DNA of 64,000 bases from Selaginella moellendorffii (taxonomy: Eukaryota > Plantae > Lycopodiophyta). The position numbers and the translations under genes were made by a program. Where the stretch lies: positions 390,876-454,875 of the forward strand of contig NW_003314373.1 of the NCBI RefSeq assembly GCF_000143415.4, read 5' to 3'. Below, one piece after another: positions 1 through 14,287 of this stretch. Each line of letters begins with the position of its first letter. Position 1 is the first letter of the stretch. The notes under the pieces were generated by a model. The model worked only from the letters and a program-made list of their open reading frames with translations, was not told where the DNA came from and ran no database searches.

Positions 1-819
1 TCCACAATGCGCGGTGCCGAGGAGGAGAAGAATCGATAAAAACTCTGCCCTGATTCATCGCGGTGATTGATCGAGCAATCGATCGCGCCGGCCACAGCGC
101 GAAACTCTTTTTCTCCCATTCTAGCCCTAAAATAAATCATTAAAAATCAATACATGGATAAAATCTTGGAGTGTTACTATATCCATCTTCTGTGGGATGT
201 GATTATGAAATTGCTCTTATTTTTAAAATTGTATTACTATTTGAAATTAATATGAGTGTGATAAGTTATTTCTTAAATTCAAAGGATCAAGTTTGTGAGA
301 AGATGATGTCTGAGCTCAATTTAATTAATGAGTTCAATAACATTAGAAACAATTTAATGATTTCCTAGGATAATTAATATCACTCCTTAATTTTGTCTTT
401 TGATTCTTTTTTCTCTACTTAATTTTTTCCACTTGTTCTCCTTTCATGATTTTTAATATTTATCTTTAAATCTATAGTCTTTTCTTCTCATATTTTTTTC
501 TAGTGTATGTGTTGATTCACAGTTTAAAGGTTTTGATTTAAATATGTCATCACTAGTAATGAGTAATCAAGTAAACTGTTGCGAATCAAAATAGAGAATG
601 AAGAGGATTTTAAGTATAACTTAGATTTAGAGAAATTAAATATGCATTTAAGTGAATTCTCTCTAAATTTATTTAATTTATAAGTTATTTTTCTTACTCA
701 CAATTAAAATATAAATAAGTTATTATTCTACCAATTGAATAGACTCTTTGGCACACAACCAAGAATGTGGTGGACATGGAGATGATGAAGCCATAGTACC
801 AACATGACTTATTAAACAC

Positions 820-1010
820 TTATTTATTAGACCCATGTTGCATTTACAAAGGGAATTGGGATGAGATGTTAAATATCCACAAGGTGATGACAAAAACTAG
901 ATTGAGAAAAAATTTAAGAGGAGTTTAATTATGGTGAAGAATAAATTACATGAGTTCATGGTAAGCAATTGTAATAATTTATGGTGGGACTTAAATGGCT
1001 AAAAATGCTT
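820..1010 (+). mobile_element. possible heavily decayed hAT transposase remnant
   Basis: Short translated motifs YLLDP and LWWDLNG resemble the hAT C-terminal region; interrupted by stops and frameshifts, no TIRs found. Confidence 0.2.
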
Positions 1011-2572
1011 GTCCAGCCTTAGTGATAGAGGATATAGGGAATGGTGACCCATAATTTGGGCAAGAAGAATTTCGTATGTTGTAATAACAAGAAGTTTATA
1101 ATGGCATTTGGATGTTGAGCACACTATCCAAAAACTTTGCTATGCACAAGGAAAGAATTGCCTAAGCTTCAACAAGTGTCTAACTATATTATTCATGTTC
1201 GAGAGGATACTATCAATCTTGGTAATGAAATCTTTAGCTTTTCTAGGGTGTGTGATGACAAAATAGTAGTGCTTAGGTGTTTTAAACATCATATAATAGC
1301 AATAAAATTATAATAACATCTTCTTTAAAACAATTGGAACATGTATACTATATATCTTGCCAGAACTTATTCAAACCATCATGTCAATGGTTAAGTAATA
1401 AAAATTATATATAACCCTAAAGTAATAAAAAAAATTATATAACATTTATGTGATATAGCTAGTTTATTAAGACAAGAAAAAAAATTCATGACTTATAAGT
1501 ATAAAACCCATCAATAAAGCAAAAATGATAAGAAATAAAGGCATGGCTTGAATCATAAAAGAAAATTGGTTATAAATGAATAATAAAGATCAATGCAATT
1601 AATAATAAAAATAAATATTTTTTAAAAAACTTATAGTATAATAAAATTGTGGATGAAAAGAACCATCAAGGAAATAACTCTAGAAAAAATTTATAGTGTT
1701 CACACTTTATGAGAAATGCACTAATTTAAATGAGTTATAGGGCAGTCTCTCTGTCTAATATAAATATGCTACAACTTAGACACCTTCCAACTGTCAATAA
1801 CAAGGAAATAATGAATGGAATCAACCACCTTTATTACTTTATACACTCAGATTTTTATTTTCATTTTTGCATATACAATAAGATTAGTTGCCCAACTTTT
1901 CTCCAAAAGCATGTCTACCAACCCTGGTTTGGATTTGAGATTGGGGGTAATAATATGGCCATAAAAACTATTCAGTAAAAGTTAAATAAAAGTGAGTTAT
2001 ATATAAAATTATACAAATACAATATTAGCATTTCCCACAACACAAATCAATTGCTTCAGTATTATGGTAAATTTCAAAAGTCTATATTTTTCTAGACTGG
2101 AAACAACACCAATTGCCTGATGAGCTCCTTTAAGAAAGAGAAAAGGATTGATTGATCCAGCCATAGGGTTAAAACTAAAATTGAGGGCAAGTTTTAAGAG
2201 TTTGAATGTGGTTATTATACTAAACAGATATTACTATTATTCGTATAATTCTTATATAAATTTATTTTAAAATTATTATATATAAAATTTTATTATTGAT
2301 AAAAGTACAAATAGAAAAAAAAATTCACAAAAACATATTTAGTTTTTAATGTATATCTTTATATATCTTTTGGTCTCATTCAGTATTGGATGTTTTCTAG
2401 AATTTCCTAATATTCTTAGCTATGATTTTATCAAACTTGAATACAAGTTTTAGCTGTTTCAAATTGTCTATACCATTGTTTTTTAAAACTTTAAAATGTT
2501 TTATTCATAACATTCCTACAACATTTTCATTAATAAAATAAATCTCATATAATGCTTATATTAGCTTCTTAT

Positions 2573-2978
2573 CTATTGAAATATTACTTCATCATGACTA
2601 TCATGTGAATAATGACCACCAAATGCCCAGTTTTGCCATCCATACCAACCTTTAGTTTTAAAATGACCATTACCAATAAATGATACACCATCAAATTGTA
2701 CATTATTTATTATTTTAGAGCACGTTTCTGCTGCTAGGGTATCATAATCAAAATAAACAAATTGGTTACCTTTTCTCCATAAAATAACATTTGCTTGATA
2801 AACATTACAATTTGAAAGAGCAACTTTCATATCTGGAGCCCAATTAAATTTATATTTTCCTTCAATGATTTTTGCTGTATAAAGATAGCCATGAATTAAG
2901 GATTAAGTTCAAACTATTATACTTACACTGATATAGATCAAATAACAATAAAAGATAGAACCAGGTATTAAAACCCAT
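2573..2978 (-). CDS. small secreted protein (~117 aa, 2 exons), unknown function
   Basis: Exon 1 2978-2927 (MGFNTWFYLLLLFDLYQ, signal-peptide-like), 52-nt GTAAGT..TACAG phase-1 intron 2926-2875, exon 2 2874-2573 in frame with ORF 2573..2830 ending ...GHFKTKGWYGWQNWAFGGHYSHDSHDEVIFQ. Confidence 0.7.
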
Positions 2979-4627
2979 GAATAATAAATATAGTAACAAT
3001 ATATAACTAGCTTAGTAATCTCAATATAATTAATGTAATGTTAAGTACAATTCTATCTTTAAATACTATAAATCTGACAATAATTACTAATACTTCCAAA
3101 AAGAATTATTTTGCCCAATAATTATAGATTTCCTCTATACTTGACATGTCAATTTTGTAGTTTGTCACTCTAAAACAAGAGGAGGCATACTGCATATCTA
3201 AAATTGTTACATTCGTAATAAGTTAGCAAAATACAAATGAATGATATAATTTATAAAGAATAACAAGTTTTTATAGTTTATTACAATTCTTAGCTTAATT
3301 ATTTTAAGCAGTCTCAATAGTTAGTTTAGTATAAAATTATAGCTTCAACTGGATTATCTGTGACAAATAATATGTTACTCTTGGTGAATTTAAATTCACT
3401 CAAATATATGTTTACTAATAGCTCCCGCTCCCAAAATTAAAGTAATACATGATTTCCATACTATGAGGTTTTCTAGAGTCATATGGATATACCATAGTAT
3501 ATCCTCCCACTTAAGACTAAATAAATCTCAATTATAAATGAAGGTATGAAGAGTTGAGAGCAAGTTCAAAAGTTTTGTGTTTGATTGGTGATGTTGGAAG
3601 TTTAGCCAAAGGAATACTTCACTATTACAGTGTTAGGAACTAAGATGTTTATGCTCATGTAGTAAATAGCTAAAGTATTAAATGCAGTTATATATTAAAG
3701 AGCTAAAATATTAAAGTGTATTGATGCAGTAGAAAAGTGGACTTGGTAAATGGGACTTACTAAATGCTAAGAATAAGAAAATAAATATGCTTATAAGTTT
3801 AAAATAAATTTTTTGATACATATACTCAAAAAAATTATATAATAGGTAACCTGTAGTGAGAGCCTTTTACTGTTAATAACATGGGCAAGCCATGTTATTG
3901 ACAGTCAATGAGCACATATAGGCCCAAATGTGGTTATGACACGTGGCAACATTTTAGAAGTGTATAGCAACTGTATATGTTCTCAGAACAAGCAAGGGGC
4001 AGCAACGTTTATTATACCTTCATAGAATGGTTTTCCAATGATAAATTATTTGAACAATAGTATCTATTATTTATAATATTTATTATTTGTATTTATTTCA
4101 TCTGGATCGCTCCCCTTACTTTGTCTATGCCAGCTATGATTCCCACCTCAGATCTAGATCTGATATGTAGATCTGATCTCTCTGCCATGACATTATATTG
4201 TGAGGGAATCATTGAAAAGGAACCAGAAGTGTCAATGACTCAATAAATGGTTTCATAGCAAGGACATGGGCAAGATTGGATTATGGTGTTGAAATGATGA
4301 TAATGACATTTTCTGTACATTTCACCAAGCTGCCTGATTTGGTTTGAACCAACATATAAAATGTTGTTATACAGTAATTAATATGTTTTTTAATGTTTTA
4401 ATTATCAGGATCCACATGTTATAATATTATTCTATTATACTACTGATAAACTTTGTATCAGTAACACAGTGTTAATAAATTTATTTTTCAAAATAAATAA
4501 GAACTTTTTTCTTATACTACTTATATCACCAATCTTGTCCAATACTGTGCCTTTGAGAACATCTCCAACCTGTCCAAATGATAAGAAGTTTAATAAAATG
4601 TCTGAATTACCTTTTATACCTAAGCAT

Positions 4628-5227
4628 GACAGTAATCTGTTTAGCTTCACGCAACTCCACAAGGAAAGCTCCAGTATCTAGCAGCAAGCAGCGATGGAGC
4701 TTTGTCCATGATCAGCAAGCCTCAACATGGCTCCAAAGAAGCTCCTCTCGCAATTCAGACTTAAGTTACTACCATCTCTGAAGACGATAGAGAAGTTTCA
4801 AGTCAAGGATGTTACAAGCTTGCTGCTTGATCGGGAGGTATCTCTCGAGCTCTTGAATCGGCCGGGGAGGTTTGTCACTCATTTTGGGATTGAAGAGGGT
4901 GTCAGGCTTACTAACGGCAAGAGCTCGGGTTTCTCCTCGAGTTCTTTGGTGTTTAAGCTACGTTCGGCACTCACTGGTCATCCAGGAGAAATTTCTTTCG
5001 AGGCCAGCGGCATCCAAGGTTGCTTCTTGGTTGCTCGAGGAAGGGATATCACTCTTGAGTGTGAAGAATTCAACAAGATGGCAGCCAGTTTTGGTGTGAC
5101 CGTGGGAAGAGCCTCGTATCATCCCATGAGTTTTGAGGCTTATGGTGGCAACGACACTTATCTGATGTTTCCACTCTCTTCCTATAGTGATGAAAAATAT
5201 GCTGTGTACTTCGAAGTAAAACCTTAA
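4628..5227 (+). pseudogene. C-terminal (AbfB/CBM42-like) fragment of plant GH127/DUF1680 beta-L-arabinofuranosidase-like gene
   Basis: DSNLFSFTQL..YLAASSDGALSM..FRLKLLPS..SYHPMSF..PLSSYSDEKYAVYF matches the plant DUF1680 C-terminus; two frameshifts (~4660, ~4752); no upstream exons. Confidence 0.8.
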
Positions 5228-5413
5228 AAGAGTCACTTGGTAACAATCATTAACTATAGCTTCTAAATAATAAATTATGCCATTGATTATTAATAGTTTT
5301 AGCTTGAACAAACTAACTTTTTAAACAACATTTAGGGTTTAGATAGCCAAGAGGATTAACACCAAAACGTTTAGGTTTTTTCACTCTTAAGTAAATAAAG
5401 TACAATAGTATTG

Positions 5414-5749
5414 TCACTCTAAGCTCTCTATAAACCTTTTCACTGTGTCTATCAATGCTATGCCATCTTTAGCTAAACAAAGGGACATTTGTGGAAGGTA
5501 GCCTGCATCATGGTTAAATTTGTCAGGGTCAAAATCTTCTATGAACCTATCATTCCGTGTGATCATTAAATTATGTAACATGCAACAAGTCATGATGTTA
5601 TTTGCAAGGATGCCTGGATGACCTTTGAATCCTTTCTGAGCTAGCAATTTCCATTGCCTCTTTAAAATTCCAAAAGATTTCCTTTGCATTATATCATTGT
5701 GGACGGTAATAAATGATGGAATTCTGTACTTATGAGCTATTGCTTGCAT
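5414..5749 (-). mobile_element. PIF/Harbinger DDE transposase remnant
   Basis: SFGILKRQWKLL...IMTCCMLHNLMI matches the C-terminal signature of Harbinger (DDE_Tnp_4) nucleases. Confidence 0.7.
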
Positions 5750-6424
5750 TTCATTGTGTCACAATGAAATATGATTTGTGCTACTATTGTGAGGTTCAAG
5801 TGTATAACTACAATGTTGTATATTAATATTAATGTGAATTTTGATAGCCATTAAATTGGTTTCAATCTAGACTACTCGCTCTATATATAAGCTAGGGTTT
5901 TTGGGCTAATTGATATGCATACTCACATTGATAGAGATGAGGCATAACTTTAATTGCCTTTGAGGAGTGCTTGAATTTGAGATTTTTGTTTATATTTACT
6001 CCTTTTTTTTATAAATTTTTCAATTTCTTCTCTTTTCCATTTCCTTTATTCTTGGGATGATATTTAGTGTTTACGTGAGTTTTTCACATGTCTCCAAAGA
6101 ATGAGACTACAATGGTACAATGGTTTGAGTGCAACCACTTGTGAGGATTGAAACATTCTCTCGAATGTTTTCAAATGCACATTTGGACATGCTAACAATT
6201 GTGATGATGCCTTCTAAACATTGCATTTATCTCATTTAAGGCCATTTGAGTCCATAAAGCAGCTTGGCATTCATTTCCGATGCCTTTTGTTTCATGTGAA
6301 GCCAAATATATTGAAGTGGCATCAAGTTGGGAATTGTAATGCATACGGGTAGCCTGCCACGTCGTTTTGCAGTGAGTGCAGCTGACGCTGTCGTCTTAAT
6401 GAAAAACTTTGCCGGGCTCCCTTT

Positions 6425-6524
6425 NNNNNNNNNNNNNNNNNNNNNNNNNNNNNNNNNNNNNNNNNNNNNNNNNNNNNNNNNNNNNNNNNNNNNNNNNNNN
6501 NNNNNNNNNNNNNNNNNNNNNNNN
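6425..6524. other. assembly gap (100 N)
   Basis: Run of exactly 100 N, typical of a gap of unknown size. Confidence 0.99.
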
Positions 6525-6593
6525 GTGGCAGAATATTATGAGAGGTATTCTCTTGCGCTGTTCATTGCACGTCCATCAGCTCCACTTTCTGTG

Positions 6594-6845
6594 GGAGATA
6601 ATCTTATTCTAATCAAGGTTGATATTATTACTACTTGAGTTCAAGGATAAGGGTGAAGATATGGTCGTGACCATGATGTCCCCTACCAAGCATGTGATGA
6701 ATTTGGTCACACTTATCATATAACAGTCATACTGCTAAGTGATGATGACTTAGCAGGGGACATCACGGTCACGACCATATCTTCACCCTTGTCCTTGAAC
6801 TCAAGCAGTAATAACATCAACCTCTATTAGAATAAGATTATCTCC
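6594..6845. repeat. inverted repeat with ~97-bp arms
   Basis: 6594-6690 is the reverse complement of 6749-6845 with few mismatches. Confidence 0.9.
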
Positions 6846-8213
6846 GACCATTTTCTGCATTTACATGGTTGACTCCATCACTCCAGTAATAACTCATGGA
6901 GTCGACCTCCATGAAAACGACAAGTTGCATAAGTAGCGGAGAGTCCTTGCACGAATAAGTCAATGACCCCTCTATCTTTCTTTCAGGAGTATCATCAAGG
7001 AGTTCACTTAATACTACTTCATCCAATATTTACTTTTTAAACTCGTTTTTATAACAAAAAGTCTCATATTTTTCTCTTCGTGTTGGTTGATACAGACTTG
7101 AGTTTATCTTCTATTGCTCAGCCTATTGCCACATGTTGCCATTTATATTTGCATCATGTAATAAAGCCATTTTTCATTCTTTATGGTAATGGCTATACAC
7201 ACACATATGCACGGGATAAGGTGGACCTAGTTGTGCATATGGGTGATTTTGAACTTAAGATGTAGTCATTGCAAGTAGTGTGGAGTTAAGTTTTTGACCT
7301 TATCCTTTGTATGGATTGGTTGCAGCATAATCATGCCAAGTATGACTTTGATGCTTTTCCCCCTTGTCTCATACTTCTTTATATTTTTTCCATTCTTATC
7401 ACTTCTATTCTTCTTCGTCCCTTTATTTCTACTTCTACTTCCATCACTTTTGTTTCCCTATTATTTCCCTTTATATTTCTGTTTAGTTTCTCTATTCCCT
7501 CTTTTGACCCCTTCAATAGTCTTTGTGTTGTAGTGGTTGACCAGCTCATTAACGAGGATGTCAATCTCTTTGAATTTGACTTATCATCTGGGGTTAAGAT
7601 TGCAACACGTTATCCTATTCCAACTGAGGATGCTCATCCAATTAAAGTTTCTGTTCACTTTGTTTGTTGTTGGTCATCAAAAGAGATCAAAATTTTATGT
7701 GCAAACATCAAAAAGATGTTAGAAAATGGTGTTATTTGAAGTTGCGAAGTCCTTAGACGTGTGAACTTCATCTTGTGATGAAGGTTAAGGGGAATATTCA
7801 TTTCTACATCAACTATCATCTATTAAATGAAGTGATGATCCCGGATGTGTACCCTCTTCCTCACACTGCTGATCTTTTTTATCGTCTGGGGAGAAGTTGT
7901 TGGTTCACCAAGTTAGATCTTGCTTTTGGGTATTAGCAAGTGCTGATGGCTCAGGAAAATATTCCTAAGACTATTTTTCGTACACCGTTTAGTTTGTACA
8001 AGTTCTTGATGATGCTGTTTGGTTTGAACAATGCTCCAACAACTTTCCAGTAGATGATGGAAGAGGTTCTTCATGATATGTCGGAAGTGACTATTGACTT
8101 CATCAATGATGTCTTGATCCACTCGGAAGGGATGTGGGAGGAACATATCCATGATATTTGTAAGGTGTTGGATTGGCTATGGGAAGTTGGTATAAAGTTG
8201 AAGAAGTCAGAGT

Positions 8214-9309
8214 TATAAGGAACCGACTCCCCGAGGTGTTGAAGGCTAAAGGATCCCCAAAGGCACGACCAAAATGATAAAAAGTTCATTGGATGAAATC
8301 GAGTCCGAGACCGACTCTAAGACCGAGTTTGAGACCGAGTCTGAGATAGAATCCGAGACTGACTCCGAGACCGAGTTCAAGATCCGATATCGGGTCTGAG
8401 ACTGAGTTCGAGATCAAGTTCGAGATAGAGTCCGAGGTCGGGTCCGAGATTGAGTCTGAGACCAAGTCCGAAGTCAAGTCCGAAGTCGAGTCCGAAATCA
8501 AGTCCGAGACCGAGTCTAATTACTAATACAGGTCAAGGGGTGAAAGCCCAAAGTGTGTGTCTCCTGGGGGGGGGGGGCTGCAAGAGGTTCCAAAAGTATA
8601 ATAGGGATAATGAGGTTTAAGAACCAATCTTGAAGAAACTCTCCAGTGGTGCTTCCAAACTGACTTGAGGTTGAGACTGGGGCTAAGGGGCCTTGGGTGG
8701 GAGTGAGCATTGACTCGGGTGGTGCCGGAGGGGCCACCCAAGGAAGTGATCAAGAGTAGCTCCCACTCCTGAAAGGGAAACTGCAGTGCTCCTGACTCAT
8801 GTAAAGTGGTGCCCCATTTGAGTACCTTGCGGCTCATTAGTCCTCACCCTACTTAGGGGCTTGGGCCTTCCCTTTGGGATGGAAGTGGGGGGGTAGAGGT
8901 ACCCATACCGGGCCGTTAGGCCACGGTGTTTCGCCCCGGTATCCCGAAGTAAGTGTTGCACTCAAAGCTTGGGATTTAAAGGGTCCCATGATCAAATTTT
9001 GTTGTACCAAGGGATGTTAAGAACCTGGAGGCTTGGTGTGCTTGGCTGCTTGTGCTTGCAGGGAGTGTAGCCGAACCTTAAGTCCAATCTAACCCAGGGA
9101 GGGGGATTGGGAGAGATTTGGGAATCCGTGAATGGGTGGCTAACGCTCCATTGCTCGTGCAGTGAGTAGCTGAAACCAAGTAAGACCAAGTAGGAACTGG
9201 TACAATAGGCAAGAAACCTTGGTGAGGGAACTTAACTAAAGCCAAGGCAGTGTTGGTCGGATAGACGAGATAAGCTGGTAAATTGGAAAGGAAAAATTTG
9301 TAGCTTACA
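8214..9309 (+). repeat. LTR A1 (5' LTR) with GAGTCC/GAGACC hexamer array
   Basis: T(A)TAAGGAACC...GCTTACA followed by tRNA-iMet-type PBS; close to LTR A4. Confidence 0.9.
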
Positions 9310-9368
9310 ATTTGGTATTGGAGCCTTTTCCTTAGTTCTAGCAAAGGATAAAGGCGGATTACTGGGAG

Positions 9369-12300
9369 ATGGCAAAGGCAGAGCATAAACGAACCAAGGC
9401 AAAGACAGAACCTCCTTTAGAGTTGGAGCCTTCTGTCGAACAAGAGGCCATGGATGAAGAATCTTTGCATGAGGAGGATTCTAGTGAGGAAACTTCCAAA
9501 TAGGAGTCTAGTTGTGAGGTTTGGTCGTTCAAAGCTTGATTGGACGTTCTAGAAGGACAATTGGCACAGATCAGTGCCCTACTGGAGACTCTCATATGCA
9601 AGCTAAAACGTGACGAGAAGCGGAGGAAAAGGCGAAAGACTGCAGATGCTGGCAGTGCAGAAGGTGCGGACCCTTCGGCAGGGACTGAGGCAAAACCAAA
9701 CAAGGTCGAATAGACTGAAGTGGAATTAGTCCCTAAGGAAGTTCCCAAGTACAAACCAAAGCCCCCACCAGTGAATGACTATAAGGTGGTGGAGGATTGG
9801 TTTTACGATATAGAGGATTACTTCCGAGTGTTGCGATTACCAAGCTCGGAGAAGGTCCCATGTGCAAAACCATACTTGGCAGATAATGCTAAGTCTTGGT
9901 GGAGAACGACAAAGGCTAACAAAGGACTGGTGGCCACTTGGGAAATGATGAAGGCGAGGATCCGTGCAACTTACGTTCTTCCAAATGCTACTCTGCACCT
10001 AAGGGATGAATTGAGTAGGTTGAAGCAGACTGGAACCATTCAAGAGTATGTGAATTTTTTATGGCAAAGAGGATACTTGTCACGGATATGGGTGATATGG
10101 ATGCATTCCATGTCTTCATATCAGGCTTGCAAACCTAGGCTCGTGGTGGGGTGATGCGTTGGAACCCGACCAACTACAGGAAGCGTTGGATGTGCCTATC
10201 AATGTGCATTTCAATGATAACCTGCGAAAGGGGAACACGACAGGGTTGGGGTCCATGTTTAGCAAAGGGGCCAAACCAAGGGGAACATACAGCAAAGGGA
10301 AATTTAAGAAGAGTTTCTTTAAGAATGAGTCCTTGGGGTTCCGAAAAGGCAGATCCGGTGGCCAGCGAGCAAGTATTTAGGGGAGTCAACCAAAAAGAGA
10401 CAAACCCATGGATAAAAAGTTCAAGTCTACTAGCAGCATGAGAAACAACGTATGCTACAACTGCGGCGAAGCAGGACACTTCTCGAGAGAATGTCCCTAC
10501 CCGAAGAAGGCCAGAGCCAATATGGCCATTAAGTCGGGTAAAATCCAAACTGAGGTACGTGATCCAGTCCCTAACTCAAAGTTACTCATTACACGAGCAG
10601 CTTTGGTAGAGAGTCGTTCGCGACATCTATTAGCCCTTCGAGGGAAGTTTGGAGGTAGCTTTGTTAAGATCCTTATTAACACGGGTGCTTCGGACAATTT
10701 TGTGGCTGCAGACATAGTCCGGCAAGCCGGACTAACGGTGCAGCGGCTGGGCGAACCAAGGACTATAGAGTTTGTTCAAGGCAGCCAAAGCACCGATGAG
10801 GTACTTCGACAAACAAGAGTCGAAGTAGGGACATGGAAAGTAGACATGGATTTCACCATGTTGGACATGGTGGGATTTTACGTAATCTTCGAGATGGATT
10901 GGTTCAATCGGTTCGTGGTAGCCTTGCATAGACAAGGTAGGAATCTTGTGGTGCTAGCGAATGCCCAAGGAAGAAGATCCAGGGTGGAGGCCTAGGATCT
11001 AAAGATAAGGCAATGCAAGGCCAAAGATTCTTGCCTAAACCTGGTGTCCACGAGAGGACAACTCACTAAAGGAACCAAGGTAGCATTTTTGTGATAAAAG
11101 TGACAAAAAGATGGGAATGAAAGAAGTACCTTTAGTGATCCAATGGGTGTTGGACCAATTCCAGGATACCATGCCAGAGGAGCTACCGACGGGGTTGCCC
11201 CCCGCGCAACCGATAGAACATAAGATTGAGCTGGTCGAGGGTGCTGAGGCGGTGGTTCGTCCCCCCTATCGTTTGAATGAAAAGGAACTCGAGGAGCTCA
11301 AGCACCAACTAGAGGAGTTCGTGGATAAAGGGTATGTTAGGTTGAGCAAGTCGCCATATGGGGCGCCGGTGTTATTTGTGAAAAAGAAAGATGGATCTAT
11401 ACGCATGTGCATAGACTACCGGTTGCTCAACAAGTATACAAAGAAGAACAAATACCCTTTGCCAAGGATTGAGGATCTGTTTGATAGGTTGGGAAAGGCA
11501 AAATACTTCTCAAGGATTGACCTAAGGTCAGAATACTACCAGATCAGGGTAGCAGAGGAAGATGTCGAGAAGACAACCTGTCAAACAAGGTCTGGGAGCT
11601 TTGAGTTTCTGGTGATGCTCTTTGGGCTATGCAATGCACCGGTAACGTTTTTAGCATTGATGAACCACATCTTTGTACCCTATTTGGATCACTTTGTGGT
11701 CGTCTATATTGACGACATCCTGATCTATAGCGAAACACTAAAGGAATATGTCGAACACATGACGAAGGTGTTTGAGAAACTAAGGGAACATCAGTTGTAT
11801 GCTAAAGAGAGCAAATGTGACTTTGCTCAACAAGAGGTAAAGTTTCTCGGGCATGTGGTGGGCAAAGATGGGCTCAAAGTGGACCCTGAGAAGGTCCAAG
11901 CAATCCAGGATTGGGAGTGACCATCGAATGTACACGAGTTAAGGGCATTCTTGGGGCTATGCAACTACTACCGAAAGTTTATCAGACACTATTCGAGAGT
12001 AGCCTTGCCCTTAACAGACCAAACGGGAAAAGGGAAGATGATATGGACAGCGGAATGTGAGGTGGCATTTGTCCACCACAAAGGGAAGTTGAGGAAGGCT
12101 CCCGTATTAGCGTTACCAGACTTTGGTAAGGACTTTGAGGTAGAAACGGATGCTTCAGACTTTGCGTTGGGCGCAGTTTTGAAGCAAGACAACCATCCAA
12201 TAGCGTTCTTCTCGAAAAAGTTGGACAAGGCTCAACGGAAGTAGCTTGCTCACGAGAAGGAATTATTTGTGGTGGTCAAGGCGCTCAAGGAGTGGCGACA

Positions 12301-14080
12301 CTACCTTGGGAGACACTTCAAGGTTTACACGGACAATGTGGCAACGAAACACTTCTTGTCACAGCCCGACCTAAGGGGGAAACAAGGTCAGTGGGCCAAT
12401 GCTTTAGCCAAGTTTGATTGCAAGATTCTGTACAAGCCTGGGAAGAGCAATATCATGGCGGATGCACTAAGTCGAAAAGCGAGCTTGAAGTTGGCGATAT
12501 CCAGCACAACAGCAACATTTTGGGATGATGTGCGGACAGCATATGAGAACAATGGTCTAGCAAAAGAAGTGTTGCTGTGGAATCTGGAGGCATGGGAAGC
12601 TCACCAAAGAGGTGAGCTACCAACGGAAGAGAAAACAGGCTATGCGGAACGCAATGGACTCATCTATTACAAGCAAACGAGGGTGTATGTCCCAGAAGGG
12701 GAACTAAGAAAGGTAGTCTTAGAGGAGTGTCATAATGGACTTCTTCCGGGACACGGCAAAGTGCCCAAGAAGATGGGTTTACTCAAGAGGAAGTATCACT
12801 GGCCAAATATGGCTAAGGACGTCCAAGACTATGTAAAGACATGTCCAACATGTCAGCAAGTCAAAGCCGTGACTAAGGCTAGTGGGGGCTTGTTGCAAAG
12901 CATCCCAATTCCAGATCGTCTGTGGAAATGTCTTACGATGGACTTTATCACGGGACTCCCCCCAAGCAAGGGGTTCGATGCGATATTCGTGGTGGTGGAC
13001 TGATTTTCAAAGATGGCACATTTCATACCCAACACAACGGGTGGATGCGGAAGGTGTGGCGAAGTTGTTCTTCGAACAAGTGGTTCGAGTGCGGGGAAGG
13101 CCAGAAGAGATTATCTCAGATCGAGATAAGATCTTCACCAATAGGTTCTGGAGAACTCTCCTAAAACAGTATTGCACCAAGTTGAAATTCAGCATATCCT
13201 ATCACCCACAGACAGGTATGGGGTATTAAGTCAAGTTTGATGGCACTAACACTTCTTGATAGACGGACAAACGGAAAGGGTGAATAGGCAGTTGGACGAT
13301 TATTTGCAATACTATGTCTTGGGAGACCAAACCGATTGGGTAAGTCATTTGGGACTTGCGGAAATGTGTTATAACAACTCACCACATTCGAGTATCGAGG
13401 TGAGTCCATAGGAAGTCATCAATGGGCGAGTTATTGAAGGCCCTGTGGAGCTCGGCGTGGCCGAGTGTCATGGAGAGTTACTCGTAGTAGAGGCATTCAC
13501 GGCAGAAAAACTCAACATTTGGAATCTAGTGACGGATTCCTTGGAACGGGCTCAACAAAGGCAAACCAAGTATGCAAACTAGAAGCGTCGGGATGTAGAG
13601 TTCCAAGTTGGGGAGAAGGTGTGTCTGAACACCAAGAACCTAAGGCTACCAAGTGGGATCAGCCAGAAGTTGACCCAAAGGTAAAATGCATGTATTCATG
13701 TAAAATGAATTGATCTTGAGTTCCTTAAGCAGGTTCGCGGGGCCTTACGAGATTGAGGCACGAATCGGTAAAGTGGCTTACCGTCTTTGACTTCCTCGAG
13801 AGATGGGGAAGATGCACCCAGTGTTCCACGTGAACTTACTCAAGCCGTACTTTAAGGATCCGCTTCGCAAGGACCAAGTAAGACCCTTACCTGAGGTTAT
13901 CCAAAGGGAAGAGGAATACGAAGTCGAGGCCATCCTCAATGCGCGCAAGAGCAAGCGACAAGGACGCGAGGTGAGAGAGTTCCATGTGAAGTGGAAAGGA
14001 TTTCCACACTGCGAAGCAACATAGGAATCGGAGGAGAACCTAGGTAATGCGCAAAATCTAGTGGAGGAATTTCTACATAG
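9369..14080 (+). pseudogene. degenerate gag-pol: gag, CCHC zinc knuckle, protease, RT, RNase H, integrase, chromodomain
   Basis: CYNCGEAGHFSREC; LINTGASDNF; YIDDILIYS; ETDASDFALGAVL; H..H..C..C integrase zinc finger, MDFITGLP; EYEVEAIL..VKWKGF; multiple stops and frameshifts. Confidence 0.92.
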
Positions 14081-14287
14081 CAGAACTTTATATACTTATG
14101 CAAAGTTCAATTAAAGTATCAATTTGTGAAGTTGAGCAATGGCATATGTTGGGACGCAAAGGCACGCCGAAGGTAAGCTAATTAGCATGGGTTAGCTAGG
14201 TCGACCAGACGTAGGGAACTACACCCGACTCCCCGTGGGGATGTAAAATCCGTAGACGTATTCTACGAAGGTTGGGTTCGAGTCCCA

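Noticed and set aside
1-130. GC-rich window start, possibly the 5' end of a minus-strand gene
   Set aside because: Too little sequence in the window to support a call
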